41,443 bases of DNA from Gemmatimonadaceae bacterium (GCA_050733695.1 JBOHTO010000026.1:1-41443); one strand, 5' to 3'; shown: positions 9,823 through 18,400, numbered from the stretch's first letter. Numbers and translations are program-made. The notes: a model not told the origin generated them from the sequence alone.

Positions 9823-10101
9823 ATGGCAGATGTGACCTGCACTCGCTGCGGCGAGACCCGGGTGGGGTTCGACCGCCCTCCCTTTCCTGGCGCGATTGGC
9901 GCGAAGATTCAGGCCGAGGCGTGCCAGGAATGCTGGGCGGCATGGCTCAAGCAGCAGACGATGCTGATCAATCACTACGGCCTGAACGTTATGGATCCCC
10001 AGGCGCGCGCCTTTCTCACCCGCAACATGGAAGCGTTCTTCTTCAAGAGCGGGAAGGAAGAAGACGTGGACACGAGCCGGAAGGGCTCGATCAACTGGTG
10101 A
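9823..10101 (+). CDS. yggX: Fe(II)-trafficking / oxidative-damage protection protein YggX family
   Basis: 92 aa. [27 protein letters not shown]……W..W...[18 protein letters not shown] matches the YggX family almost end to end. Confidence 0.75.
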   Translation: MADVTCTRCGETRVGFDRPPFPGAIGAKIQAEACQECWAAWLKQQTMLINHYGLNVMDPQARAFLTRNMEAFFFKSGKEEDVDTSRKGSINW

Positions 10102-10143
10102 ACGAGTCGAGTGCGGCGTTCAGACACAGGTGGAAGGGTGGGT

Positions 10144-10155
10144 GGGGGGGGGGGG
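10144..10155. repeat. Homopolymeric G12 tract within a G-rich stretch (GGTG12AGGGC), 14 nt upstream of the GH3 start
   Basis: Read directly from the sequence, in the intergenic region between yggX and the GH3 gene. Confidence 0.9.
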
Positions 10156-10168
10156 AGGGCTATAGTCG

Positions 10169-12022
10169 ATGAGTGACGCAGGCATGATGAGGATCGAGCG
10201 CCGGGCAGTCGCGCCTCTGGCAGCAGTACTGATTCTGCTGGCCGCGGCATGGACGGCACGCGCGGCGACGAGGGCAGCCGCACCCGAGATGGCCTTTGTG
10301 CAGAGCGATCCGGACTCCGCCGCATGGGTCGATTCCGTACTCGCGACGCTCACGCTGCGCGAGAAGGCAGCCCAGATGGTCTGGCCGACGGTGCTCGGCG
10401 ACTACGTATCCAGCGACTCGCCGCAGTGGGAGCGAGTTCGCCAACAGATCGTGGAGGAGAAGGTCGGAGGCTTCACGATTTCGGTCGGATCGCCGCTCGA
10501 GATCGCGGTCAAGCTCAACGCCATGCAGCGAATGAGCGAGACGCCGCTGCTGATCGGCGCGGATGTCGAGTTCGGGGCCGGGTACCGCGCACGCGGTGGG
10601 TACCTTCTTCCGAACGCCATCTACCTCGGCGGGGCCGTGGTTTTTCCGCCGCAGATGGCCGTGGGCGCCACGGGCGATACGTCGCTCGCGTACGCGCAGG
10701 GACGCGTGACCGCACTCGAGGCGCGCGCGATCGGGATCCACATTGCGTACTCGCCGATCCTGGACGTCAACAACAATCCGGCAAACCCGGTCATCAACAC
10801 GCGCTCCTACGGCGCCGATCCGGAGCTCGCTGCCCGGCTTGGCGCGGCATTCGTACGCGGCGTTCAGGACAACGGCATGATCGCGACGGGGAAGCACTTC
10901 CCCGGCCATGGCGACACCGGGGTGAACTCCCACCTCGCGCTTCCCGTGGTCACGGTCTCCCGCGCCCGGTTGGACAGCGTGGAGCTGGTTCCATTTCGCG
11001 CTGCCGAACGCGCGGGTGTGGGCGCGATCATGACGTTTCACGGGTCCATGCCGGCGCTGGATTCTTCGGGCGTACCGGGTACCCTCTCACGCGCCGTGCT
11101 CACGGACCTGCTGCGCGAGGAAATGGGATTCGACGGGCTCATCATATCGGACGCGATGGACATGCGCGGAGTGCTCGACGAGTACGGAGCAACGGAAGCG
11201 GCCAAGCGTGCGGTAGCAGCCGGCGCGGACATCCTGATCCAGCCGCTGGATGTCGCTGAAACAATCGATGCAGTCGTGGCCGGCGTGAGCGAAGGACGGT
11301 ACACCGAAGCACGCCTGGACACCGCCGTGCGGCGGATTCTGGGAGCAAAGGTGCGGGTCGGGCTCGATCGTGGCGCCATGGTGGATGTCGGCGAAGCGCG
11401 AAACGTGGTCGATGCCGCCGAGCATCAGGATGTGGCGAATACTGTCGCGGAGCGGTCGATAACGCTCGTCAGGGACACGGGAGAACGGATTCCCCTGACG
11501 TCTCTCGACCGCGCCGCGCGGATACTGTCCGTGACACTGGCGCGGCGGACTGATCTCGCGGCCGGCCAAACCTTCAACGCGGAGCTGCGCCGGCGATTTC
11601 CGCGTCTCGTCGCCCACTACGTGAATGCCGACGAGCCGGGCAACGACTTCGAACGGCTCCTGCCGGCGTCGGACTCGGCTGATGCGGTGATCGTCAGCTC
11701 CTATGTGTCGCACGCATGGAACGCGACATCCGCCGCCGCACCCACTGCATTCGTCGAATTCGTGCGTGGCCTCCTGGCGCGCGGCAACGATCCGATCGTC
11801 GTTGCCATGGGCAATCCCTATCTGCTGCAGCAGATCCCTGAAGTCTCCACCTACGTAGTGGCATGGGGCGGCTTTCCCGTATCGCAGCGTGCGGCAGCTC
11901 GCGCGCTATCGGGAGTGATTCCGATCACTGGCCGCCTGCCGATCGCGATTCCGCCGGAAGCCGAACTGTGGGCGGGCGAGAGTCGCAGTGCAGGAGCGAC
12001 AATGCCGTCCGGTTCGCAGTGA
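10169..12022 (+). CDS. Glycoside hydrolase family 3 protein (NagZ-like beta-N-acetylhexosaminidase / beta-glucosidase-related), secreted
   Basis: N-terminal signal peptide (AVAPLAAVLILLAAAWTARA). The GH3 N-terminal domain carries KHFPGHGDT and ISDAMDM motifs. A long C-terminal alpha/beta domain follows. Confidence 0.8.
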   Translation: MSDAGMMRIERRAVAPLAAVLILLAAAWTARAATRAAAPEMAFVQSDPDSAAWVDSVLATLTLREKAAQMVWPTVLGDYVSSDSPQWERVRQQIVEEKVGGFTISVGSPLEIAVKLNAMQRMSETPLLIGADVEFGAGYRARGGYLLPNAIYLGGAVVFPPQMAVGATGDTSLAYAQGRVTALEARAIGIHIAYSPILDVNNNPANPVINTRSYGADPELAARLGAAFVRGVQDNGMIATGKHFPGHGDTGVNSHLALPVVTVSRARLDSVELVPFRAAERAGVGAIMTFHGSMPALDSSGVPGTLSRAVLTDLLREEMGFDGLIISDAMDMRGVLDEYGATEAAKRAVAAGADILIQPLDVAETIDAVVAGVSEGRYTEARLDTAVRRILGAKVRVGLDRGAMVDVGEARNVVDAAEHQDVANTVAERSITLVRDTGERIPLTSLDRAARILSVTLARRTDLAAGQTFNAELRRRFPRLVAHYVNADEPGNDFERLLPASDSADAVIVSSYVSHAWNATSAAAPTAFVEFVRGLLARGNDPIVVAMGNPYLLQQIPEVSTYVVAWGGFPVSQRAAARALSGVIPITGRLPIAIPPEAELWAGESRSAGATMPSGSQ

Positions 12023-12075
12023 CGTAGGCGTACAGGGCCCGTACGCGTGATCGCGGACGTTGTGATCGGATAACT

Positions 12076-12106
12076 GTTGACTGTCGTCTCCGAAGCGCGT
12101 ATATAC
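12076..12106 (+). promoter_or_regulatory. Near-consensus sigma-70-type promoter (TTGACT - 17 bp - TATATA) upstream of the NrtR-like gene
   Basis: TTGACT at 12076-12081, a 17-nt spacer, then TATATACT. It sits in an AT-rich island that contrasts with the GC-rich genome. Confidence 0.45.
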
Positions 12107-12173
12107 TCGCCGCGCGACGAAGTCATGGTTTAGTATCGCGACAGCACCAAATCCGCAGGTCCGCCATTGACTT

Positions 12174-12192
12174 TAGTGACACATTGTTACTA
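12174..12192. promoter_or_regulatory. Imperfect 19-bp palindrome TAGTgACAcatTGTtACTA; candidate operator abutting the NrtR-like gene start
   Basis: 14 of 19 positions are self-complementary (half-sites TAGTNACA / TGTNACTA). It is located directly 5' of the regulator's ORF. Confidence 0.35.
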
Positions 12193-12193
12193 A

Positions 12194-12910
12194 TTGTCGC
12201 GTGATGCGCGACCGCCCCCACGCCGCTTCGTGAAGAGCACAACTCGCCGCGCGACGATCTCCATCGAGGTCGTCCTGTTCACTCCGCATGGCAAGGGTCT
12301 CGCCGCGCTTCTGCGCCGCAACCCGGATGCCCGATCGCGCGAGCGGTGGTCGCTCCCCTGGGATGCACCACGCGCCGATGAATCGCTGGGCGAAGCGGCG
12401 CTGAGAATCGCGCGCGCGCCGCTGGGCGTCGACCCGAGCTGGCTGGAACAGTCAGGAGCATTCGGCCAGGAGCGCAGACATCCAGGTGATGCGAACGTCT
12501 CGATTGCATTCGTGGGCCTCATACCGGCCGGCGCTCCTGCGGTTGTCGGTGGCGACGACGCCTGGTTTCAGCTCACCGAACTCCCCACTCTCGCGCCCCG
12601 GCACAAGGCGATCGTGGAGGGGGCGCTGGAAGCGGTGCAGGCGAGAATGGACCATGCCCCCATCGCCTTTCGCCTGCTCCCGGCCACCTTCACCCTGAGC
12701 GACCTGCAGCAGGTTTACGAATTGCTGCTCGGGCGACGGCTGCACAAGGCGAGCTTCCGCCGAGCGTTGCAGGCGGCATGGCTGGTGGAGCCTACCGATG
12801 AATGGCGGAGCGAGGGGCGTGGCCGGCCGGCGCAGCTCTTTCGGTATGCGCCCAGGAAGCGTCGCGCCAGCCGGCGCGGAGTTCGCTTCGAGCTGCTCGC
12901 AGGCGGTTAG
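12194..12910 (+). CDS. Nudix hydrolase-like domain fused to a C-terminal winged-helix, NrtR-type (Nudix-related transcriptional regulator)
   Basis: Nudix-fold N-terminus (ISIEVVLFT…GLAALL). A C-terminal block FTLSDLQQVYELLLGRRLHKASFRRAL…GRGRPAQLFRY matches the NrtR wHTH. The listed start is TTG 12194, but GTG 12227 is an alternative. Confidence 0.6.
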   Translation: MSRDARPPPRRFVKSTTRRATISIEVVLFTPHGKGLAALLRRNPDARSRERWSLPWDAPRADESLGEAALRIARAPLGVDPSWLEQSGAFGQERRHPGDANVSIAFVGLIPAGAPAVVGGDDAWFQLTELPTLAPRHKAIVEGALEAVQARMDHAPIAFRLLPATFTLSDLQQVYELLLGRRLHKASFRRALQAAWLVEPTDEWRSEGRGRPAQLFRYAPRKRRASRRGVRFELLAGG

Positions 12911-13000
12911 TGGCCGGCGGCTGGCGCCATGCTGGTCCCCCCCCTTGCGCGACTCCGCGATTAGTACCAATATGTGTTTAAGAACGAAAGGAGCAACCCG

Positions 13001-13294
13001 GTGCTGGCATACCTCGACAGTCTGTGCGCCGCCCTGCTCGCGCGGAAACAGGAGGAGGTTCATCGCCTTCTGAAGCATCCGCTCGCCCGCGCCCTGCCGC
13101 GCCGGGTCCGGGATGAAGCCCTCGCGATCGCGCGCATCGGACCGCACGGCATGCGCGCACCCATCAACACTCTTCGCTTCTACCATCAGACCACGCATCT
13201 GCTTGGCAGGCGGAGCGCACCGGGCGTGCACCGCGACAGCGCGGACGCCGAGGCGTCGCAGATGGAGCTCCCGCTGCGCGCAGCGGTCGGGTAG
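13001..13294 (+). CDS. Hypothetical small protein (~97 aa)
   Basis: GTG at 13001 preceded by AAAGGAG with a 6-7-nt spacer. It is in frame with listed ORF 12974..13294. No recognisable domain. Confidence 0.35.
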   Translation: MLAYLDSLCAALLARKQEEVHRLLKHPLARALPRRVRDEALAIARIGPHGMRAPINTLRFYHQTTHLLGRRSAPGVHRDSADAEASQMELPLRAAVG

Positions 13295-13388
13295 CAGACG
13301 GCGGGCCACTCCAACAAGGATTCCCGCCTTCGCGGACATGGCGGCCGTTGAGAAAGCGCTGCCGCCTTCGCGATAGAACGACGATCGG

Positions 13389-13724
13389 CTAGCGCCGAGA
13401 CGACTGCCAGCGAAGGATCGCGCTGGCCAGCGCCACATTGTCGGATGCGATTCGGTACAGCTCGTTGAAAACCGCAGCCCGAGTCGCACCCTCGCTCTCG
13501 GCGATCACCGGCGGGGGATGTCCGGACCGGCGCAGAGGATCGGCGCGCCGCTCCACCGAAACGCGCGCCCTGAAAACCGCGTCGGTCGCCGCTTCGCCCT
13601 CGATGGCGACATAACCGCCGCCCGGTAGTTCACGCGTGTATAGCACAGCCGAACCGTCCATTGGATCGAGGGGAGAAGGGCCGGGAGCGATGCTGAAGCC
13701 GCCCGGATCTGCTCGGCCGGGCAC
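13389..13724 (-). CDS. Hypothetical protein (weakly supported)
   Basis: 111-aa ORF convergent with 13001..13294. GTG start with no obvious RBS. It would sit in an operon position downstream of the NlpC/P60 gene. Confidence 0.2.
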   Translation of the reverse strand: MPGRADPGGFSIAPGPSPLDPMDGSAVLYTRELPGGGYVAIEGEAATDAVFRARVSVERRADPLRRSGHPPPVIAESEGATRAAVFNELYRIASDNVALASAILRWQSSRR

Positions 13725-13772
13725 CCAAGATAGGAAACGAAGAATCCGGCCGCCATACGAAAGTGATCAGCA

Positions 13773-14492
13773 TCACCAATCTGTCGCGAGGTTGGGGTCG
13801 TTCGTTTGAATCAGTCTACGGACGGCGATCAGCCGCTGCCGGAACCAGGATCGGCCGGTCACGGATCGAGTGAGCACGTCCAGCTTCACCCGCCTTCCAC
13901 CGCTCGAGGCATGGATGATCGTGTCAGCACCGATGTAGATCGCGATGTGCTGAGCGCCGCGCTGAGCACCGCGCCCGCCGTAGAAGAAGAGCAGGTCCCC
14001 CGGGCGGAGGTCTCCGGGATAGGGGGCATCGCCGACTCCCGCCTGCTCCGCAGCCGTCCTCGGGAGTCCAATTCCATGGTGCGCAAAGACATAACGGACA
14101 AACCCGGAGCAATCGAACCCATCCGTCGTCGTCCCGCCCCACTCGTACGGTGTGCCGAGGAGCATCCGCGCGGTCTGGACGATGTCCTCGCCGGTTGCCG
14201 GCCGAGCCACGGCTTCGCTGTCCGCGTCGCTCGGGGCCAGGCTTCCTCCTCCCGGCCCCCCACCCGCCGGCGCGGATGGCCCACCACCGATGTCGACGCC
14301 TATGTCGACGCCTATGTCGGCGGCGGCCGAGGCGACGGCACCCGGCATCTGGCCGTGGGAGGCCCGGGGAAGAGCCGCACTCAGCAGGGCCACAACGCCC
14401 AGTGCACCGGCGCTCGCGGGCGAAAAGCTCAGGAAAGCAGGCATCATGATGTCTGACGAAGGCGACCGCCGGCATGTCACACGCCGGATCAC
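13773..14492 (-). CDS. NlpC/P60 (C40) family cell-wall peptidase, secreted
   Basis: C-terminal domain with YEWGG…GFDCSGFV…H.AIYIG…IHAS (Cys-His catalytic core). The signal peptide most likely starts at MMPAFLSFSPASAGALGVVALL (ATG ~14447). Confidence 0.8.
   Translation of the reverse strand: MIRRVTCRRSPSSDIMMPAFLSFSPASAGALGVVALLSAALPRASHGQMPGAVASAAADIGVDIGVDIGGGPSAPAGGGPGGGSLAPSDADSEAVARPATGEDIVQTARMLLGTPYEWGGTTTDGFDCSGFVRYVFAHHGIGLPRTAAEQAGVGDAPYPGDLRPGDLLFFYGGRGAQRGAQHIAIYIGADTIIHASSGGRRVKLDVLTRSVTGRSWFRQRLIAVRRLIQTNDPNLATDW
14291..14320. repeat. 12-bp tandem repeat (TGTCGACGCCTA x2.5) encoding IGVDIGVDIG in the NlpC/P60 linker
   Basis: Read directly from the sequence. Confidence 0.85.
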
Positions 14493-14568
14493 GCTCGCCG
14501 TGTGCGCTCCGTCTCACCTCGGACGGCGGCCGGCCTGGAGCTGTGAGGTGCGTGACATTGGACCGGTC

Positions 14569-15912
14569 TCAGGGCTTCGAGAGGAGCCGTTTCAGGCGAT
14601 TCGGGCGGTGCATGATGGCAGTCCACGCGCGCGCCGCCGCGGGCGCCAGGCTGGGAACGGATCGAATGGTGTAGCGCGCGGGGTCTGCAGTGCGGCGGAG
14701 ACTGCTCCACGAGATGGGCATTGAGACCGTCGCGCCATCGCGCGCCCGAATGGCGAAGACCGCTGCGACCGACTTGCCGCGCACGTTCTGCTGATAATCG
14801 ACGTAGACGCTACCGCGCGGTCGCGCCGATACCTTGCGCGTCACGGTTGTGCGGTTCGCATCCTTCGCGACTACGCGGCGGGCGATGAGCTCCGCGACTG
14901 CGATGGCCGCATCGTAGCCGGTTCCGGGCGGCAGAGGCAGGTAGACGTGCAGGCCGCGTGAGCCCGACGTCTTCAGTGCGCCGTGCAGCCCCGCTTCGTC
15001 GAGCTCGCGTTTCACCATCCTGGCGACGTGCACGACATCGGCGAACTCCGCGCCGTCCACGGGATCAAGATCGAGTATGGAGTAATCAGCTTCGTCCAGC
15101 GAATCGACGCGAGAATGCCATGGGTCCACGGAGATGACGCCGAGCTGCACCGTGTGGAGCAGCGTCGGAAGATCACCGCCTACGAAGCGCGGCTGCCTGC
15201 CCGCTTTCTCGACGGAGACCAGCGCGGTTCGAACACCGGGCGGTGTCGAGTCCCCGGCGCTGTGCTGGAAGAAGGACACGCCCGCGATTCCGTCGGGGAA
15301 TCGTCGCAGTACGAGCGGCCGGCCGTCGATCTCGGGAAGGATCGCGGTGCTGACGGCGGCGTAATACCGCATGAGGTCGCCTTTCGTGCAGCCGTCGTTC
15401 GGAAAGAAGACCTTGTCGAGGCTCGTCACATCGAGCGAACGCCCATCGTGAAACTCCAATGAACCATTGCCGCCCATGCGTTCGATCCGATCGAGGTGCC
15501 GGATGACATCTGCGTTGCCGGACGCGGACTTCCGGCGCTCTGTCGCGCGCTTTCCTGACTTGTCCTTCTTCGAGGCTGCACGCCTGTGCTTCATCGCATC
15601 CTCCTGAAGGCTCTCCCGCTCCCTGCGAATCTGGCCCGCCGGTTTGTCGTCGCGAACTCCGAGGAAGATGGGCTGCCGCAGGCGTCCGTTCGCGGTCCAC
15701 TCGTTGAACCTGACCTCCACGACGACCGATGGTCTCACCCAGTGGGCGGACTCGTTGGTTCTCGGCACTGTTGCGAAGGGCGATCTCCTGCGCTCGAGCG
15801 GACGCAGTCGCTCATACGTGACTGCAGCTCCTGGAATCGCGCCGGCGCTCCCCTTGACAGCGCGACGATCTCGCCGTCGATCACGAATCGGGATTTCGTC
15901 CGCTCGCGCCAC
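14569..15912 (-). CDS. ligD: NHEJ LigD polymerase/primase module (PolDom) carrying an N-terminal remnant of the ligase-domain OB fold; a stand-alone PolDom may instead start at ATG 15594
   Basis: PolDom blocks: DKVFFPNDGCTKGDLMRYYAAVSTAILPEIDGRPLVLRRFPDGI…, GSRGLHVYLPL… and SVYVDYQQNVRGKSVAAVFAIRAR. The first ~100 aa (…SAHWVRPSVVVEVRFNEWTANGRLRQPIFLGVRDDKPA) match only the extreme C-terminus of LigD ligase domains. Confidence 0.75.
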   Translation of the reverse strand: MARADEIPIRDRRRDRRAVKGSAGAIPGAAVTYERLRPLERRRSPFATVPRTNESAHWVRPSVVVEVRFNEWTANGRLRQPIFLGVRDDKPAGQIRRERESLQEDAMKHRRAASKKDKSGKRATERRKSASGNADVIRHLDRIERMGGNGSLEFHDGRSLDVTSLDKVFFPNDGCTKGDLMRYYAAVSTAILPEIDGRPLVLRRFPDGIAGVSFFQHSAGDSTPPGVRTALVSVEKAGRQPRFVGGDLPTLLHTVQLGVISVDPWHSRVDSLDEADYSILDLDPVDGAEFADVVHVARMVKRELDEAGLHGALKTSGSRGLHVYLPLPPGTGYDAAIAVAELIARRVVAKDANRTTVTRKVSARPRGSVYVDYQQNVRGKSVAAVFAIRARDGATVSMPISWSSLRRTADPARYTIRSVPSLAPAAARAWTAIMHRPNRLKRLLSKP

Positions 15913-16127
15913 CGTCGTCCGACAAGTCCGACGAGATCGGAGACTATCTCCGGGAACTGATTCGTCTTGTCCTTGCCGTTGCGGGTGACGAACGCGACCG
16001 AATCAGCATCGATGTACGCGAGTATGCGGATACCGTCGTACCTGGGTTCGAACATCCAGTCCGTCGAGTCGGGAACATGGGTCCCTGTCGTCGTGTACAT
16101 GGGCGCGAGCAAAGGCAATCTGCTCAC
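15735..16127 (-). pseudogene. Decayed LigD ATP-dependent ligase domain: motif I Lys replaced by Arg, motif III present, then frameshift and loss of motifs IIIa-V
   Basis: DWMFEPRYDGIRILAY where canonical ligases have E.KxDGxR. The codon is AGG (revcomp of 16041-16043), one transition from AAG. NGKDKTNQFPEI and FVIDGEIVALSRGAPARFQELQSRM (motif III plus the DFQALQ block) follow. The frame then diverges. The next recognisable ligase sequence, in the Pol-gene frame, is the OB-fold end, so ~150-170 aa are missing. Confidence 0.6.
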
Positions 16128-16879
16128 TCGTCGTCCACCTTCCTCCGTCTGGCTGCCGTCTTTCGTCGCGCTGTTGTTCCGCTCTTCATCGTCACCTTTC
16201 GTTTCCGGCCGTCTCCGGTTGGCGTAGCCGGTTCACTTGTGCCCGCTTTCCTGCGTTGCGCCGTCGTTTCTCCCGGCATTTCCCCGGCGATCTGTTGCAT
16301 GGTGCGCCCTGTCACCACGGATGTCATCTCCTCGGCCACGACGTCGTAACCGGGCTGGGCGAAGTCATCGAAGTGCTTGATGAGAAGCCACTGGGGCTTC
16401 ACATCGGGCCGGCGCATCCGGACGAGTGCAAAGGATCCGCGCAGTCGTTCACCGTGGAGTGTGATGTCGACCTTGCCTGACGCAAAGCCGTCGCGGAGCG
16501 TGGCAATGTCCGACGTCTCGCTCCCCGGCGTTGGCAGATACGTGCCGCGGTCCCAGATCATCACGGTGCCTCCCCCGTACTCACCCTGCGGTATCGTCCC
16601 CTCGAAGTTGTTGTATTCCATGGGGTGGTCCTCGACCTCCATCGCGAGTCGCTTCACCGATGGATCGAGACTCGCCCCCTTTGGAACGGCCCAGCTTTTC
16701 ATGACAGCATCCAGCTCGAGGCGGAGGTCGAAGTGCAGTCGGCTGGCGTCGTGCTTCTGCACGACGAACTGTAGCGAGCCGCGCCGGCTCCCGCTCTGTA
16801 CGCTGCCGGACGGCTCGGCTGTGACCGTGAAGTCGCGTCTGCGCCGGTAGCTTTTGAGCGCACCGCGTCGCTTTGCCAT
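16124..16879 (-). CDS. NHEJ LigD 3'-phosphoesterase (PE) module as a stand-alone protein with a Lys/Arg-rich C-terminal tail
   Basis: The true start MAKRRGALKSYRRRRDFTVTAEPSG (ATG 16879) is preceded by AAGGAGAA. PE-domain signature FVVQKHDASRLHFDLRLE…SWAVPKG.SLDP..KRLAMEVEDHP.EY..FEG.IP.GEYGGG. The tail is …RKAGTSEPATPTGDGRKRKVTMKSGTTARRKTAARRRKVDDE. The listed ORF extends artificially to 17137 across cspA. Confidence 0.8.
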   Translation of the reverse strand: MAKRRGALKSYRRRRDFTVTAEPSGSVQSGSRRGSLQFVVQKHDASRLHFDLRLELDAVMKSWAVPKGASLDPSVKRLAMEVEDHPMEYNNFEGTIPQGEYGGGTVMIWDRGTYLPTPGSETSDIATLRDGFASGKVDITLHGERLRGSFALVRMRRPDVKPQWLLIKHFDDFAQPGYDVVAEEMTSVVTGRTMQQIAGEMPGETTAQRRKAGTSEPATPTGDGRKRKVTMKSGTTARRKTAARRRKVDDE

Positions 16880-17009
16880 GGCCGTTTCTCCTTCACTACT
16901 CAGTCGGTGCAGTTGTGTGTGGGACAGGAACACGGCGGCAAGGAGAATGCCCCGATCCTCGTGGGACCGGGGCATCTCGACTGCTGGAGTTGCGCGGCTG
17001 GGTTCCTGG

Positions 17010-17216
17010 TCAGACCTTCGTGACGTCGGCGGCCTGGGGCCCTTTCTGCCCTTCCACGATTTCGAACTCGACTCGATCACCCTCGACGAGCGATTTGAAG
17101 CCGGAGCCCTGGATCGCGCTGTAATGGACGAAGACATCGGGACCGCCTTCGCGGGAGATGAAGCCGAAGCCCTTTGCGTCGTTGAACCACTTGACCGTGC
17201 CGGTGATGCGCGCCAT
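17010..17216 (-). CDS. cspA: Cold-shock protein, CspA family
   Basis: 68 aa. [20 protein letters not shown]…[21 protein letters not shown]…GQKGPQA. Canonical RNP1/RNP2 motifs. Confidence 0.9.
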   Translation of the reverse strand: MARITGTVKWFNDAKGFGFISREGGPDVFVHYSAIQGSGFKSLVEGDRVEFEIVEGQKGPQAADVTKV

Positions 17217-17371
17217 GGAATGTTACCTCACCCCGCCTGGGGACAAACTGTTCGAGGTCGAGCGTCCCCCGTCCGGATACCCGGCGCAGGCCGGGGCCTT
17301 GCCGCAGCGACGAACGCTTGTGTAGCCGCATCATAAACGGATGAGCGCAATGGGGGTACTGCCTCAGGGGC

Positions 17372-17581
17372 TCAGGCGGCGCCCGCGATGTAGCGGGCGA
17401 AGCGCCCGCAGCTCCTGCAGCGGAGAGTCACATGACTCCGGGGGGGAGGAGGCGCTTCATCCGGGCTGCGCTCGATCTTGCCCGAGCACGAAGGGCAACT
17501 CAGAGGATTGCCGTTCCTGTCGCTGGAGATGAGGTGAAGAACCTGAGCCGGGTTGTACGTTGCCGGACGAGGCTTTCGCAT
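17372..17581 (-). CDS. Small zinc-ribbon protein (CxxC…CxxC), hypothetical
   Basis: The likely start ATG 17581 (MRKPRPATYNP…) is preceded by AGGAGG. CPSCSGK…LRCRSCGRF form two CxxC pairs. Listed ORF 17372..17656. Confidence 0.5.
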   Translation of the reverse strand: MRKPRPATYNPAQVLHLISSDRNGNPLSCPSCSGKIERSPDEAPPPPRSHVTLRCRSCGRFARYIAGAA

Positions 17582-17692
17582 GGGCCCTCCTGTTGTATGG
17601 CCGTTGCCCGCAGCAGCTCGGCGCTGTGCCGCGCCTGGATGAAAATTAACCTGCAAGGTCTATAAATCACAGTAGACAAACGATTTGGCATC

Positions 17693-18400
17693 ATGCGAAT
17701 CGGCCTGACCTGCGCCCTCGCCGCCATCGGTTGTGGCCCCACGGCGCGAATTCCGCATGCACCGGTCGGGCTCCCTCGTGCGGTCCTGGCGGATTCGGCC
17801 GGGCGGAATCTGGCGATGGTGCTTGCGCCCGTTCTATACATCCAGCCTGATGAAGAGTTCCGGCTGGAACGCGTTGTTGCCGTCATTCACCCGGATCGGG
17901 CGGTCATCGCCTACCATCTCCTCTGGCGTGACGACGCGCACGGCGCCTGGATTCCGTTCACATCTCCTACCGATCAGGAAATAGTCTGGGTAGGGCATGA
18001 TTCCGCAGGCCGCCCGACAGAGATGTGGACGTACTGGCACGGCAGCATACTGCACACGGACTGGCGCGGAAAAGGCGAGCCGGCCGTTGACGTCCAGTGG
18101 GGCAAGCACGGTTCCCTTCCGCACAATGTCGTGCTGGGCGATCTGCCTTGGATTCGTCAGCTCGATGTCTATTACCTGTTGAGCTGGGTGCTTCTTCCGG
18201 ACCTCTGGCTCGGGAACCTGAGTCGTGATGGTCCGTGGTGCTTCTGCGCGAGCTTCGCCAGATACAACAGCTTCACAAGGGTGGTACCGGTAGCAATGCG
18301 GCTCGATGCAATCGTCGAGACTGCGGCTCCGGAATCCATTCTGCGCCGTGTTTTCGGGGAGGGGTTTTCCGGCAAGCCTGCCTGGCCCTGGCGGCATTAA
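17693..18400 (+). CDS. Hypothetical secreted/lipoprotein, Trp-rich, unknown family
   Basis: N-terminal signal-like MRIGLTCALAAIGCG with a Cys in a lipobox-like position. Coherent 235-aa ORF. TATAAAT-like element upstream. Confidence 0.45.
   Translation: MRIGLTCALAAIGCGPTARIPHAPVGLPRAVLADSAGRNLAMVLAPVLYIQPDEEFRLERVVAVIHPDRAVIAYHLLWRDDAHGAWIPFTSPTDQEIVWVGHDSAGRPTEMWTYWHGSILHTDWRGKGEPAVDVQWGKHGSLPHNVVLGDLPWIRQLDVYYLLSWVLLPDLWLGNLSRDGPWCFCASFARYNSFTRVVPVAMRLDAIVETAAPESILRRVFGEGFSGKPAWPWRH

Noticed and set aside
10160-11041. 293-aa minus-strand ORF and 336-aa plus-strand alternate-frame ORF (10249..11259)
   Set aside because: Antisense or alternate frame of the GH3 gene, with low-complexity Arg-rich translations.
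12452-13489. 345-aa minus-strand ORF
   Set aside because: Antisense to the NrtR-like gene and to the RBS-supported small ORF 13001..13294. No domain.
15780-15840. Apparent PLERRR match to ligase motif IIIa region in the Pol-gene frame
   Set aside because: The same nucleotides encode the much stronger RFQELQSRM (DFQALQ block) in the ligase-fragment frame, so the second match is coincidental.
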